Part shown: piece after piece, positions 40,282 to 48,982 of the stretch
Layout of the letters: every line of letters begins with the position of its first letter
Position numbering within the stretch: the stretch's first letter is position 1
Assembly: GCA_026710875.1 (NCBI GenBank)
Contig: JAPOQE010000039.1
Location: forward strand, 1-48,982
DNA length: 48,982 bases
Direction: 5' to 3'
From: Gammaproteobacteria bacterium
GTDB lineage: Bacteria > Pseudomonadota > Gammaproteobacteria > UBA4575
Program-made: the position numbers and the translations under genes
Notes under the pieces: generated by a model
What the model was told of the DNA's origin: nothing
The model's database searches: none
The model's input: the letters and a program-made list of their open reading frames with translations, nothing else

Positions 40282-40358
40282 TGGTGCGCCTGGCAGGACT
40301 CGAACCTGCAACCCTCGGCTTAGAAGGCCGATGCTCTATCCAGTTGAGCTACAGGCGC
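40282..40358 (-). tRNA. tRNA-Arg(TCT)
   Basis: GCGCCTGTAGCTCAACTGGATAGAGCATCGGCCTTCTAAGCCGA...GTTCGAGTCCTGCCAGGCGCACCA. Confidence 0.97.
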
Positions 40359-40392
40359 GTGGCACAAGGCGCCACTAGTGTAGCACTTAGGT

Positions 40393-41124
40393 TTATCCAG
40401 GGTGCGCATCCCTGGCAGGTGCTGTTGCATGGCGCTGTAGGTACAGATAAATGGCAGCAGAAGCTCCTGAGGAGCCGAACAGAACACTCATGATGACGAT
40501 CTGGTATTTGACGGCGATCAGGGGCGAGACTCCGGACAGAATCTGTCCTGTCATCATTCCCGGAAAGGCCACCAAACCGACTGCAAAAAATGTGTTGATG
40601 GAGGGTATGAGTGCGGCTGTGAATGCACTGTTGCGCGCACGAATATAGTCCGGCACAACGGCCATATCAGACTCGAAACGCTCTGCGGCAAGGCTCACTG
40701 TATTCATGGCATTGGAGAAGATCATTCCCGCCAGCGGGATGACATACTGCGGTTGATACCAGTAATCGATCTGGAGTACGGCAAAAGTGGTCAGGGCAAG
40801 CGTTGAAATTCCGCCCACAGAGATTCCAAACAGCGCTTTTGCATACAGATCCGTGCTCTTCTGTCTGAGTGGGCGCAATGCAATCCAGCTTGCCAGCAAC
40901 AGCATCAGGGCCAGCACGATCACCACGATGCCCGCATTGTCCAGGGCAAAGATCGAAGTCAGAACATAACCGACAACCGTCAACTGAACCAGCATCCTGA
41001 CCGAGGCGTACATGGCCGTCTTGCTCTTCAATGACCACATCATGAGTATTGCAATTACCACCAGGATTGGAATCACGGCAATCGCCAGATTCAGCACTCC
41101 GATTTCATATATGGTAAGTTTCAT
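40393..41124 (-). CDS. UPF0014 / FetB(YbbM)-like ABC permease
   Basis: RMLVQL..VGYVL, PQYVIPLAGMIFSNAM, GLVAFPGMMTGQILSGVSPLIAVKYQI. Confidence 0.88.
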   Translation of the reverse strand: MKLTIYEIGVLNLAIAVIPILVVIAILMMWSLKSKTAMYASVRMLVQLTVVGYVLTSIFALDNAGIVVIVLALMLLLASWIALRPLRQKSTDLYAKALFGISVGGISTLALTTFAVLQIDYWYQPQYVIPLAGMIFSNAMNTVSLAAERFESDMAVVPDYIRARNSAFTAALIPSINTFFAVGLVAFPGMMTGQILSGVSPLIAVKYQIVIMSVLFGSSGASAAIYLYLQRHATAPARDAHPG

Positions 41125-41240
41125 AATCTAATCCACCCTGAATTGTATTTGGTCCGTTTACATCACTGGGAAATCTGTCCACTCCCCGGGATACAGGCAT
41201 ATCCACCTGCCGACACGGTATTGCCCAACTGGAAAATCCC

Positions 41241-42098
41241 TTGCCAAAACTCTTGCTCAAATTTCTTGCACACCTGCCCATGCCGGTATTGTATGGCTTG
41301 GCGAGACCGCTGTACCTGCTGCTATTTTATGTGCTGCGCTTCAGGAGAAAAATTGCAGAGAACAACATCAGCAACTCGTTCCCGGAGTTGGACGGTCGCG
41401 CGCGTACCGCACTGCTGAAAAACCATTACAGGAAGCTTTGTGAAGTCGCCCTTGAGGTCGCCAGGAGCCTGGCCATGCCCCCCTCAAAACTGGAGCGTCA
41501 TGTGAGCTTCACAAATCTTGCTGTCATCCAGCAGGCGCTTGAGCACAACCAGACCGTCCTGCTGGCAATTGCCCATCATTGCAATCCGGTGTGGGCCGTG
41601 CTGGCGGCAGGGCAACGGCTAGAAGCTCCCGTGGACAGCATATACAAACCTCCTCATCTAGCCTGGCTGGACGAGCTGACCCTGAAGTCCCTGTCTCGAT
41701 TCAACATCACTCCGGTACCAGCAAAAACCTGTGTGACAGACCTGATCCAACGGGCAGCCAGTACCCGCGCGATAGCCATTGTGGCAGACCAGGCACCGCG
41801 GCGAAGCGACCCGGCGTACTGGACACAGTTCATGCACCAGGACACACCATTTTATCTTGGGCTTGAAAAGATCGCCCAGGTGTTCAGATATCCCGTGTAT
41901 TTCATGGATCTCAAGCGCGTGTCTCGCGGCCATTACGAGGCCACTTTCAGCTTACTTTCCGAACCGCCCTACGACAAGCACTCACACGAGATTTCAGAAC
42001 GCTTTGCAAGAGCCGTGGAGGATCAGATTCTGCAATCTCCACAAGACTGGCTATGGACGCACCGCCGATGGAAAAGGACCCGGTCCCTATACGACTGA
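41241..42098 (+). CDS. Lipid A late acyltransferase family (LpxL/LpxM-like)
   Basis: NISNSFPEL, AHHCNP (HxxxxE-like position, divergent), YKP, ADQAP, PQDWLWTHRRWK. Confidence 0.85.
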   Translation: MPKLLLKFLAHLPMPVLYGLARPLYLLLFYVLRFRRKIAENNISNSFPELDGRARTALLKNHYRKLCEVALEVARSLAMPPSKLERHVSFTNLAVIQQALEHNQTVLLAIAHHCNPVWAVLAAGQRLEAPVDSIYKPPHLAWLDELTLKSLSRFNITPVPAKTCVTDLIQRAASTRAIAIVADQAPRRSDPAYWTQFMHQDTPFYLGLEKIAQVFRYPVYFMDLKRVSRGHYEATFSLLSEPPYDKHSHEISERFARAVEDQILQSPQDWLWTHRRWKRTRSLYD

Positions 42099-44036
42099 AC
42101 CCCTGCTTTTCAAAAACGCTGCCAACTGTGCAATGCTCGGGTGATCTACCAGGTCGGTAATAGCAAGGGTGTCCGGGAACAGGTCATCCAGACCCGAATG
42201 GATCTCGACCAGGGCCAGTGAATCTGCCCCGATTTCAAGCAAGCTGTCGTGCACTGTGAAGCGCTTGTCCGGCAGCGCCTCCCGGCAAACTGCAAGTACT
42301 GCATTCTCGATTCCGTCTTCTTGCACCTGCACCCGGCCGGTGTCTTGCTTGTCAAGTTCAACGGCCAACTGACTCAGGACACCATCATATTCGCCAGCCA
42401 GATATTCCTCGGCCAGAGCCGAACGCTGGATTTTTCCACTCGTGGTCTTCGGTATTCGGCTGACGGGAATGACATGGCGCACCTCGATAGAAAAGTTCTC
42501 GCTTACCGTGCTTTTCACCTGCAAACAGGTGGGCAAAAAATCCGGCAAGGCACCCTTGTACGCCACGAACACCAGCACTTCCTCCACGCCATCCTGCCTG
42601 GAAGACACGCCCGCCAGTGCCACTTTGCCGAGTTCCAGTCCCTCGATCGTACACAGGACTTCCTCAAGATCATGAGGGTAGTAGTTCTGGCCATGGACAA
42701 ACAGCACTTCCTTGTACCGTCCAGTGATATACAGTGCTTCGTGTAAAACAAACCCCAGATCGCCCGTATTCAGCCAGTCACCTGAATACAGGCTGCCATC
42801 GTCTCCCAAGACTTTTTCAGTGACGTTTATTCCCCGAATCTGGATGTGACCGACGCGCCCCTTGGGCTGGACAGTACCCTGGTGGTCAACGATCTGGACC
42901 TTGCAATGCGTAACCGGCTTGCCAACGCTAACCAGGGACACCGTGTCCTGCGCCGGCTGTGCGCACACGTGTACATCGGCATCAATGGAAAGTGAATCAC
43001 GCTGCACGTGGAGGATATCCAGATCAGCATTGATCGCCGGGAAGCTTACTGCCAGACTGGCTTCCGCCAGACCATAGACGGGAAACATGCTCCTTGCCGG
43101 CAGCCTGAAGCGGGCCATGGCATCGGTAAACTGTCTGCAGAGACTGACCGAGATCGGTTCCGCTCCGTTGAAGATCAGACGTACCTGCGACAAGTCGATC
43201 CCTTCCATCCCCTTGCGATTGAAAGCCTTCAGGAAGTGCTTGAAACCGAAATTCGGAGAGCCCAGCATGCTTGCCTTTTTCTCGCTGGCCGCCTCCATCC
43301 AGTACAGGGGCCTTCGAACGAACAGGTCCGTACGCATGATGCAGTGGCTGTAATTATTGACTACCGGACTCAGATGGAAACCGATCAGCCCCATATCGTG
43401 AGTGAGTGGCATCCAGCAAAGACTGACATCCTCCGGGGACATTGCCGCGCACTCGCGTATCCCTTCGATGTTTGCAATCAGGTTGCGGTGTTTTAGGACT
43501 ACCCCTTTGGGGCTTCCGGTGGAACCGGACGAGAACTGGATGAAGGCAACATCCTGAGGCCCAACCTCGACCATTTCCCCGGGAATCGTGATGTCTTGGA
43601 CCTCATCGCTCAAGAGCACATGCTGCGGCTGGGGCCAGTGACTGCCCTGGTCTTTCCCGGTTGTGCTGGATCGCAGACGGTTCAGGTTTTTGCGGTCAGT
43701 ATACAAATAAGCCGCACCGCCCAGTTGTTCGGCAACATTGAAAACCTTCTGTCGATGCTGGTCACTGATCCCCACGGCAAGTGGTACCGGGATGATGCCC
43801 CCGAACTGGCAGGCCCAGAACACATCGACGAACTGCCGATTATCATTCAGAAACATGATCAGATGATCGCCCTTGCGCATGCCTTGCTGCTGCAGGACAT
43901 GCAGCAATCCCAATGCCCGCTGGTACAGGGCCTCAAAACTGATGCACTTCTCATTCTCCTGCCCATCAATAAAGCTGACAGAGCGAACTTCACTGCGACG
44001 ACATGACAGCGCTTCGGTCAGTGTTTGAAAGTGCAT
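42087..44036 (-). CDS. Fatty acyl-AMP ligase-like adenylation domain fused to a C-terminal carrier domain
   Basis: FIQFSSGSTGSPKG, WMPLTHDMGLIG, YGLAEA, TGDLGF, PKTTSGKIQR; C-terminal IGADSL phosphopantetheine site. Confidence 0.87.
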   Translation of the reverse strand: MHFQTLTEALSCRRSEVRSVSFIDGQENEKCISFEALYQRALGLLHVLQQQGMRKGDHLIMFLNDNRQFVDVFWACQFGGIIPVPLAVGISDQHRQKVFNVAEQLGGAAYLYTDRKNLNRLRSSTTGKDQGSHWPQPQHVLLSDEVQDITIPGEMVEVGPQDVAFIQFSSGSTGSPKGVVLKHRNLIANIEGIRECAAMSPEDVSLCWMPLTHDMGLIGFHLSPVVNNYSHCIMRTDLFVRRPLYWMEAASEKKASMLGSPNFGFKHFLKAFNRKGMEGIDLSQVRLIFNGAEPISVSLCRQFTDAMARFRLPARSMFPVYGLAEASLAVSFPAINADLDILHVQRDSLSIDADVHVCAQPAQDTVSLVSVGKPVTHCKVQIVDHQGTVQPKGRVGHIQIRGINVTEKVLGDDGSLYSGDWLNTGDLGFVLHEALYITGRYKEVLFVHGQNYYPHDLEEVLCTIEGLELGKVALAGVSSRQDGVEEVLVFVAYKGALPDFLPTCLQVKSTVSENFSIEVRHVIPVSRIPKTTSGKIQRSALAEEYLAGEYDGVLSQLAVELDKQDTGRVQVQEDGIENAVLAVCREALPDKRFTVHDSLLEIGADSLALVEIHSGLDDLFPDTLAITDLVDHPSIAQLAAFLKSRGSVV

Positions 44037-44321
44037 TGGCAGTAACTCGTGGAAATTTGAACAAGCTGCAGTACAGTCGGTATGTCTCTTTCAGAAATCC
44101 CATTTGTCCTGTATCCGGACAGTGACAAGTCTCAGATCAAATCCCCGCTAACGTATCCATACACGCCTGGGCTCATAAAACTCGATTATGAAGGATATTC
44201 GACTTATGGGGAAACCCAAGCAGGGATGACTAAAGGTTGTCTGATCAGCCGCTGACTCCGAAATCCGAGAAGCAGAACAAGGGCAGCTGAGGGCGATGCA
44301 TGGGACAGGCACCCTGTGTAC

Positions 44322-44927
44322 TCACACTGAAAACAGATCGGGGCTCCTCGATTCCTGAATGAGCCGGAGCTTGCTGTCATGGAGAGGCTGCATCATGGAT
44401 TCCAGCGATTCGCGATTCCCCGCACCCAGCCAGTCCGCGTAGTCCGCCCTGTCCAGAATAACAGGCATGCGATGATGAATTTCAGACAGCTTCGGGCTGG
44501 GCCGGGTGGTAAGGATGCTCATGAACATCTCACCGTCCACAGTGATTTCATAAAGCCCGGCGAAAGCGAACCCATCGTCTTCTGCGGGCTCGATCCTGTA
44601 CTTGTCCCGCCTCCCTTTTGGCTGGTTTTCATCCCATTCGAAAAATCCACTGGCTGGAACAATGCATCTATGGTTGCGCAAGGCCTGCGCCCAGGTCTTC
44701 TTGTCCCAGGCGCCTGCGCTACGGGCATTGATCAGGGGCTTGCTGGTAAAGGACCGCTTCCAGCCCCACTGCATTGGAGCGACTTCGTTACCTTCATCCC
44801 TGCAAAAGACAACATCCACACGGTCACCAGGAAAAACCTCCTCTCGAGGCGCGAATTCGATCTCGGCATCGATCAGGGCTGTAACGACTGACTCGGGGAA
44901 ATGATCCAGTGAAAAGCGCCCACACAT
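44322..44927 (-). CDS. SOS response-associated peptidase (SRAP/YedK, abasic-site protection)
   Basis: MCGRF N-terminus (ATG 44927), INARS, RCIVPASGFFEW, HHRMPVIL. Confidence 0.93.
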   Translation of the reverse strand: MCGRFSLDHFPESVVTALIDAEIEFAPREEVFPGDRVDVVFCRDEGNEVAPMQWGWKRSFTSKPLINARSAGAWDKKTWAQALRNHRCIVPASGFFEWDENQPKGRRDKYRIEPAEDDGFAFAGLYEITVDGEMFMSILTTRPSPKLSEIHHRMPVILDRADYADWLGAGNRESLESMMQPLHDSKLRLIQESRSPDLFSV

Positions 44928-44961
44928 GCCCCTACTCGCCGTCGACTCTACCAAAAGACGT

Positions 44962-45498
44962 TCAGGCGGCTTTGGAGTCGGTGTTGTTGATAATTACTTC
45001 CTTGGAGACATCCACGCTTCGAACCAGCATATCCAGCACTGGGCACTGTTCGTTGACGGCTTCTGCAAGCTGCTGCAGTTGTTCCTGTGAGGCGGAACTC
45101 TCCAGTGTCGTCTTGTAGTGAATCTTGGTAAAACCCGGAGGCACATTTTCATCCTTGCCCATCCCTAACAGACCTCGAACGTCCAGGTCTCCTTCAAGTG
45201 CTACATGGCACTTCTGCAGCGGGATACCCATCACCGATGCCAATGCCACATACATGATTTCCTGGCACGTACCCAATGCTGCAAGCACCAGTTCGACCGG
45301 GCTCGGGCCGAGATCACTTCCGCCAAATGCCGGCGGCTCATCAATGACCATTGCCGGAAACTTCCTGACATTAGCGGAACAGCGCACATCATCTTCCCAC
45401 GCAGTATCTACACGGTATTTGAATTGTCCGCTTTCAGGCGATCCTGAAACACTCTCCATAATCTTTTCCACTGCTGCCTTGATGTCTGCCTGACTCAT
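44962..45498 (-). CDS. OsmC/Ohr family protein
   Basis: DEPPAFGGSDLGPSPVELVLAALGTC ... CPVLD two-Cys pattern; SD GGAGG. Confidence 0.88.
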   Translation of the reverse strand: MSQADIKAAVEKIMESVSGSPESGQFKYRVDTAWEDDVRCSANVRKFPAMVIDEPPAFGGSDLGPSPVELVLAALGTCQEIMYVALASVMGIPLQKCHVALEGDLDVRGLLGMGKDENVPPGFTKIHYKTTLESSASQEQLQQLAEAVNEQCPVLDMLVRSVDVSKEVIINNTDSKAA

Positions 45499-45701
45499 TT
45501 CTATTCCCTCCTGTTTTTGCTAGGTGCAAGAATACTCGATGATTATTCTTCTGTTTTTCATGAACATACCCGATAGAAACCGGGGTACGGTGCAAGGATA
45601 GCCTACCAGAATTTTTGACGACGCTGTATGCCGGCAGGCCCTGCAAAATGCTGGGCACCGAAATGATTCATCATCGATATGGTGGGAAGGACCCTGGATG
45701 G

Positions 45702-45778
45702 TGGTCGGGGCAGAGGGATTTGACCCCCCGCCCCTCTGCTCCCAAAGCAGATGCGCTACCAGACTGCGCTATGCCCCG
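45702..45778 (-). tRNA. tRNA-Pro(TGG), non-canonical T-loop as sequenced
   Basis: CGGGGCATAGCGCAGTCTGGTAGCGCATCTGCTTTGGGAGCAGA...GTCAAATCCCTCTGCCCCGACCA; T54 reads G. Confidence 0.88.
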
Positions 45779-45873
45779 TTACCGGGCGTGCCCTTCAAGC
45801 ACGGGTGGGTCCTAACCAAGCGCGGATGATACGTCCCCGTCGTGATGCAGGTCAATGGCACAGAAAAGCCTGA

Positions 45874-47256
45874 TCAGTGCACGGCCGGGGCTTCACGCCT
45901 GGATAGCTGTAAAACCAGTCTGTCGGACAGGCCCTCGAAGCTGCCATTACTTAGTATCAGGATATTGTCACCCTCTTTGAGATCACCGAGCAGCCAGGTG
46001 ATGATCTCATCCGTGGTAACACAAACCTTTGCAGGCGAACTCATTTGATCTGCCACCTCCCTGAGTGACCACTGGAGGTCCTCGGGCTCAAACAGCACGA
46101 CACTGTCTGCATCATTGAATGCATCAGCAAGCTGGTCGACATGGGCTCCGAGGCGCATGGTGTTGGAACGGGGCTCAAACACCGTCACGATTCGCCCTCG
46201 CGGCTGCTGGTCCCGGAACGCCGAGATCGTGGCCATGATCGCAGTCGGGTGGTGTGCAAAGTCGTCGTACACACGAATACCATTGAATGTTCCCTTGTGC
46301 TCCAGGCGGCGTTTGACTCCTGAAAAGGATGCCAGGGCGCGCAGGGCTTCTGCAGGAGGAACCCCGACATGTTGAGCACCGGCCACTGCCGCGACGGCAT
46401 TCGCTATGTTGTGTCTGCCGTACAATCCAAGGGTGCCCTCACCACTGGGCTTGCCCTTATGAACCAGGGAAAACCGGGAAGTTCGTATATCCACTTCATC
46501 TGCAAACCATGCAGCCGAGGGGTCACTGACCGAAAAAGACTCTGCAGGGGTCCAGCAGCCCATTTCGATCACGTCACGAATATTCTGATCATCGTGGCTG
46601 ATGATCATGCGACCCTCATTAGGCATGATGCGCAGCAGATGATGAAACTGGCGCTTGACATCCTGGATCCCGTCAAAGATATCCGCGTGATCAAATTCCA
46701 GATTGTTCACGATCAGGGTATGCGGACAGTAGTGCAGGAATTTGGAGCGCTTGTCAAAAAATGCAGTGTCGTATTCGTCTGCTTCGATCACGAAGTACTT
46801 CGAGTTCCCGAGCCTCGAAGAAAATTCAAAATTCTCCGGTACACCGCCAATCAGGAAGCCGGGCTCGAGTCCGTGACATTCCAAAATCCAGGCCAGCATG
46901 CTGGAGACGGTGGTTTTGCCATGTGTTCCAGCAACCGCAAGTACCCAGCGGTTTTGCAGGACATGATCGTGTAACCAGGCCGGACCGGAGGTAAAGGCCA
47001 AGCGGTTGTTGAGCAGGTACTCGATCACCGCATTACCACGCGTCATGACATTGCCAACAATAATCTGGTCGGGCATTGGATAAAGATGATCGATGGAATA
47101 ACCCTCCATGATTTCTATACCTGCCATTTCAAGCTGCGTGCTCATCGGCGGATAGGCATTGGTGTCCGAACCGGAGACCTCATGCCCCAATTGCCTTGCA
47201 ATGATGGCGAGACTGCCCATGAACGTGCCGCCGATGCCAAGGATATGAATACGCAT
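45874..47256 (-). CDS. mpl: Murein peptide ligase
   Basis: MRIHILGIGGTFMGSLA start (TGATG coupling with upstream gene), AGTHGKTT, EADEYDTAFFDKRSKF, DDFAHHPTAI, EPRSNTM. Confidence 0.96.
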   Translation of the reverse strand: MRIHILGIGGTFMGSLAIIARQLGHEVSGSDTNAYPPMSTQLEMAGIEIMEGYSIDHLYPMPDQIIVGNVMTRGNAVIEYLLNNRLAFTSGPAWLHDHVLQNRWVLAVAGTHGKTTVSSMLAWILECHGLEPGFLIGGVPENFEFSSRLGNSKYFVIEADEYDTAFFDKRSKFLHYCPHTLIVNNLEFDHADIFDGIQDVKRQFHHLLRIMPNEGRMIISHDDQNIRDVIEMGCWTPAESFSVSDPSAAWFADEVDIRTSRFSLVHKGKPSGEGTLGLYGRHNIANAVAAVAGAQHVGVPPAEALRALASFSGVKRRLEHKGTFNGIRVYDDFAHHPTAIMATISAFRDQQPRGRIVTVFEPRSNTMRLGAHVDQLADAFNDADSVVLFEPEDLQWSLREVADQMSSPAKVCVTTDEIITWLLGDLKEGDNILILSNGSFEGLSDRLVLQLSRREAPAVH

Positions 47257-47771
47257 CAGGCGTGCATGTTCCCTGAAACAAACATCTCCAGCATCATGAC
47301 TTGCAGCAGGGCATAGCCGACACTGATTGCGATGCCATAGCTCATGGCACACGATAGAGCCTTGCTGAAAATATGCCCGTACACGATGACGATCCACACA
47401 AAGAGCGCGAATGCTGTCAGGCCGAAAAACATCTCGGCTGTGTGCCCGAGTTTCAGGTACCTCATGGAGTAACTGGCAGGAAGTGAAATGATATTGATCA
47501 GGGTCACGGTCCCAAGCATGGCGCTGAAGGTCTGCAGGAATCGCTCCGGTCTTTTCAGCAGTAAAAGTCTCACAAACACGAATGAAAGAAACAATCCTGC
47601 GATACTCGTAAGCATGGCACCAGTGACATCGTAAACCATCGACCCGATCAGTATCGAGACTCCCAGACTAATGACAATTATGGTGGCGAGAAAAGCCAGT
47701 GAGCTCGGCAAAACATCCGGCCCTTCCCGCAAAAGGCATATGTTCAAAAATGTGGTTATCAGATTCGTCAT
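47256..47771 (-). CDS. Hypothetical inner-membrane protein
   Basis: About 5 TM segments, ICLLREGPDVLP and RFLQTFSAMLGT motifs, coupled to mpl. Confidence 0.8.
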   Translation of the reverse strand: MTNLITTFLNICLLREGPDVLPSSLAFLATIIVISLGVSILIGSMVYDVTGAMLTSIAGLFLSFVFVRLLLLKRPERFLQTFSAMLGTVTLINIISLPASYSMRYLKLGHTAEMFFGLTAFALFVWIVIVYGHIFSKALSCAMSYGIAISVGYALLQVMMLEMFVSGNMHA

Positions 47772-47804
47772 GTTGAATTGGGTAACAATAGTACCGATGC
47801 CGGA

Positions 47805-48572
47805 TCAATCCTGAGACTGCAGAAACCCGTAAATCCCACGCTTGGATGGCGCCAGCATCCAGTCACGAAGCAGATCAACCTCGGGCGAGCCCTGCAGGCT
47901 CTCGACTGATTCGCCCTGGCGTAAATGCCGGTAGGCCTGCTCCAGTTCGCGGTAACGCTTGCCTTTGATCCCGGCACGACGCAGGCCGATAGAATTCAAC
48001 CGGTAATGGCGTACAGGATCACCACCCAGCAGACAATACGGCATGACATCCTTGCGCACGGGAGTGTATCCGGCCACCATGGACAATGTCCCGATACGTA
48101 TGTGCTGATGGGTCCCCACATGGCCCCCCAGATTGGCCTTGTCGCCAATCTCGATATGACCGCTCAGTCCTACGTAGGCTGTTAAAACAACCTCATCACC
48201 CAGCTGACAGTCATGGGCAACATGTGAATAGCCCATCAGATAACAGCGGTTGCCGATACGCGTAGGCACGTCAGGGCGGGTGGAGCGGTGTACGGAACAG
48301 TTTTCCCGAAAGACATTCCCGTCCCCGATCTCAAGCCAGCTTTCCTCGCCTGAAAAAGAAAGATCCTGCGGCAGTCCGCCCAGTACCACCTGTGCATGCA
48401 GCTGGTTGTCGGCCCCCAATCGCACGTACGGATGGATTACACACTGGGGGCCAATTTCAGTGCCCGAATGTATGGTCACATGATCTTCCACCACACTATG
48501 GGGGCCCACGGTCACATGGGTATCAATTTCAGCCTTTGGGGAGACGACTGCTGTAGGGTGTATGTTTGGCAA
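47805..48572 (-). CDS. lpxA: UDP-N-acetylglucosamine O-acyltransferase
   Basis: IHPTAVV hexapeptide repeats, GGLPQD, HVAHDC (catalytic His), HQH, C-terminal N.IGLRR helical domain. Confidence 0.88.
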   Translation of the reverse strand: MPNIHPTAVVSPKAEIDTHVTVGPHSVVEDHVTIHSGTEIGPQCVIHPYVRLGADNQLHAQVVLGGLPQDLSFSGEESWLEIGDGNVFRENCSVHRSTRPDVPTRIGNRCYLMGYSHVAHDCQLGDEVVLTAYVGLSGHIEIGDKANLGGHVGTHQHIRIGTLSMVAGYTPVRKDVMPYCLLGGDPVRHYRLNSIGLRRAGIKGKRYRELEQAYRHLRQGESVESLQGSPEVDLLRDWMLAPSKRGIYGFLQSQD

Positions 48573-48709
48573 GCCTGGGGACCGATTCTATTTGCTGAAT
48601 GAGGCAGGTATACGGAAGTTCACTTATGGGTTTCCGGGCGATGTAACCGGCGGTGCGAGCCGACCCGAAACCAGTCGTATTCTAGCAGAATCCGGGTACA
48701 TTCAGGGTC

Positions 48710-48982
48710 TCAAAGCTGATGATCCTGCAGCAAGGCAAGCAGGTTTTCCTCAGACAGGACTTCCACACCAAGAGAAAGCGCCTTGTCCACTTTTGACCCC
48801 GGGTTTTCTCCCGCGATTACTGCGGTGGTTTGTTTGGACACGCTGCCGGTTACTTTCGCGCCCAATGCCTTCAATTGCAGAGAAGCTTCCGTACGGCTGA
48901 AATTTTCAAGCTTGCCAGTCAAAACGAATGTTTGCCCATCAAGCAGTCTTTCCTTTGCCTCAGGTGTGGACTTTACCTCCCA
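48710..48982 (-). CDS. ligA: NAD-dependent DNA ligase, C-terminal BRCT domain (partial)
   Basis: [15 protein letters not shown]...[13 protein letters not shown]...GENPGSK..KA..LGV; open to the window edge. Confidence 0.9.
   Translation of the reverse strand, partial: WEVKSTPEAKERLLDGQTFVLTGKLENFSRTEASLQLKALGAKVTGSVSKQTTAVIAGENPGSKVDKALSLGVEVLSEENLLALLQDHQL

Noticed and set aside
40401-40419. GGTGCGCATCCCTGGCAGG resembling the tRNA-Arg 3' end, as an att site
   Set aside because: Gapped match, inside the fetB-like CDS and on the 5' side of the tRNA, the wrong side for an integration duplication

Overview
Gammaproteobacterial-type chromosomal segment. Core genes: peptide ABC transporter, fabI, ppiD, tRNA-Asp/Val, hupB-lon-clpX-clpP-tig on the left; mpl, lpxA and the 3' end of ligA on the right. 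Four minus-strand tRNAs that usually sit together upstream of tig (Pro-TGG, Arg-TCT, His-GTG, Leu-TAG) are spread over about 29 kb by intervening genes. Between tRNA-Arg and tRNA-His lies a visibly AT-rich defence island of about 12 kb (~20.3-32.7 kb) with no integrase in view. It carries (i) dndBCDE DNA phosphorothioation (PT) genes, without dndA or dndFGH, preceded by a direct repeat that may bind DndB; (ii) a divergently transcribed SBD-HNH nuclease of the PT-dependent restriction type, a paradoxical neighbour for PT-writing genes; and (iii) a co-oriented five-gene unit: minimal SNF2 ATPase, ParB CTPase-domain protein, ParB-HTH-only protein, beta-CASP metallo-beta-lactamase nuclease and a small PC4-like protein. 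I cannot match this unit to a named defence system, and it is the best candidate for an undescribed system. Other accessory cargo: secreted DUF1524-type HNH nuclease, DUF1302/DUF1329/YCF48/MMPL uptake cluster, stand-alone acyl-AMP ligase-carrier protein fusion, SRAP and OsmC genes. All calls come from reading motifs by eye; no searches or computations were run.
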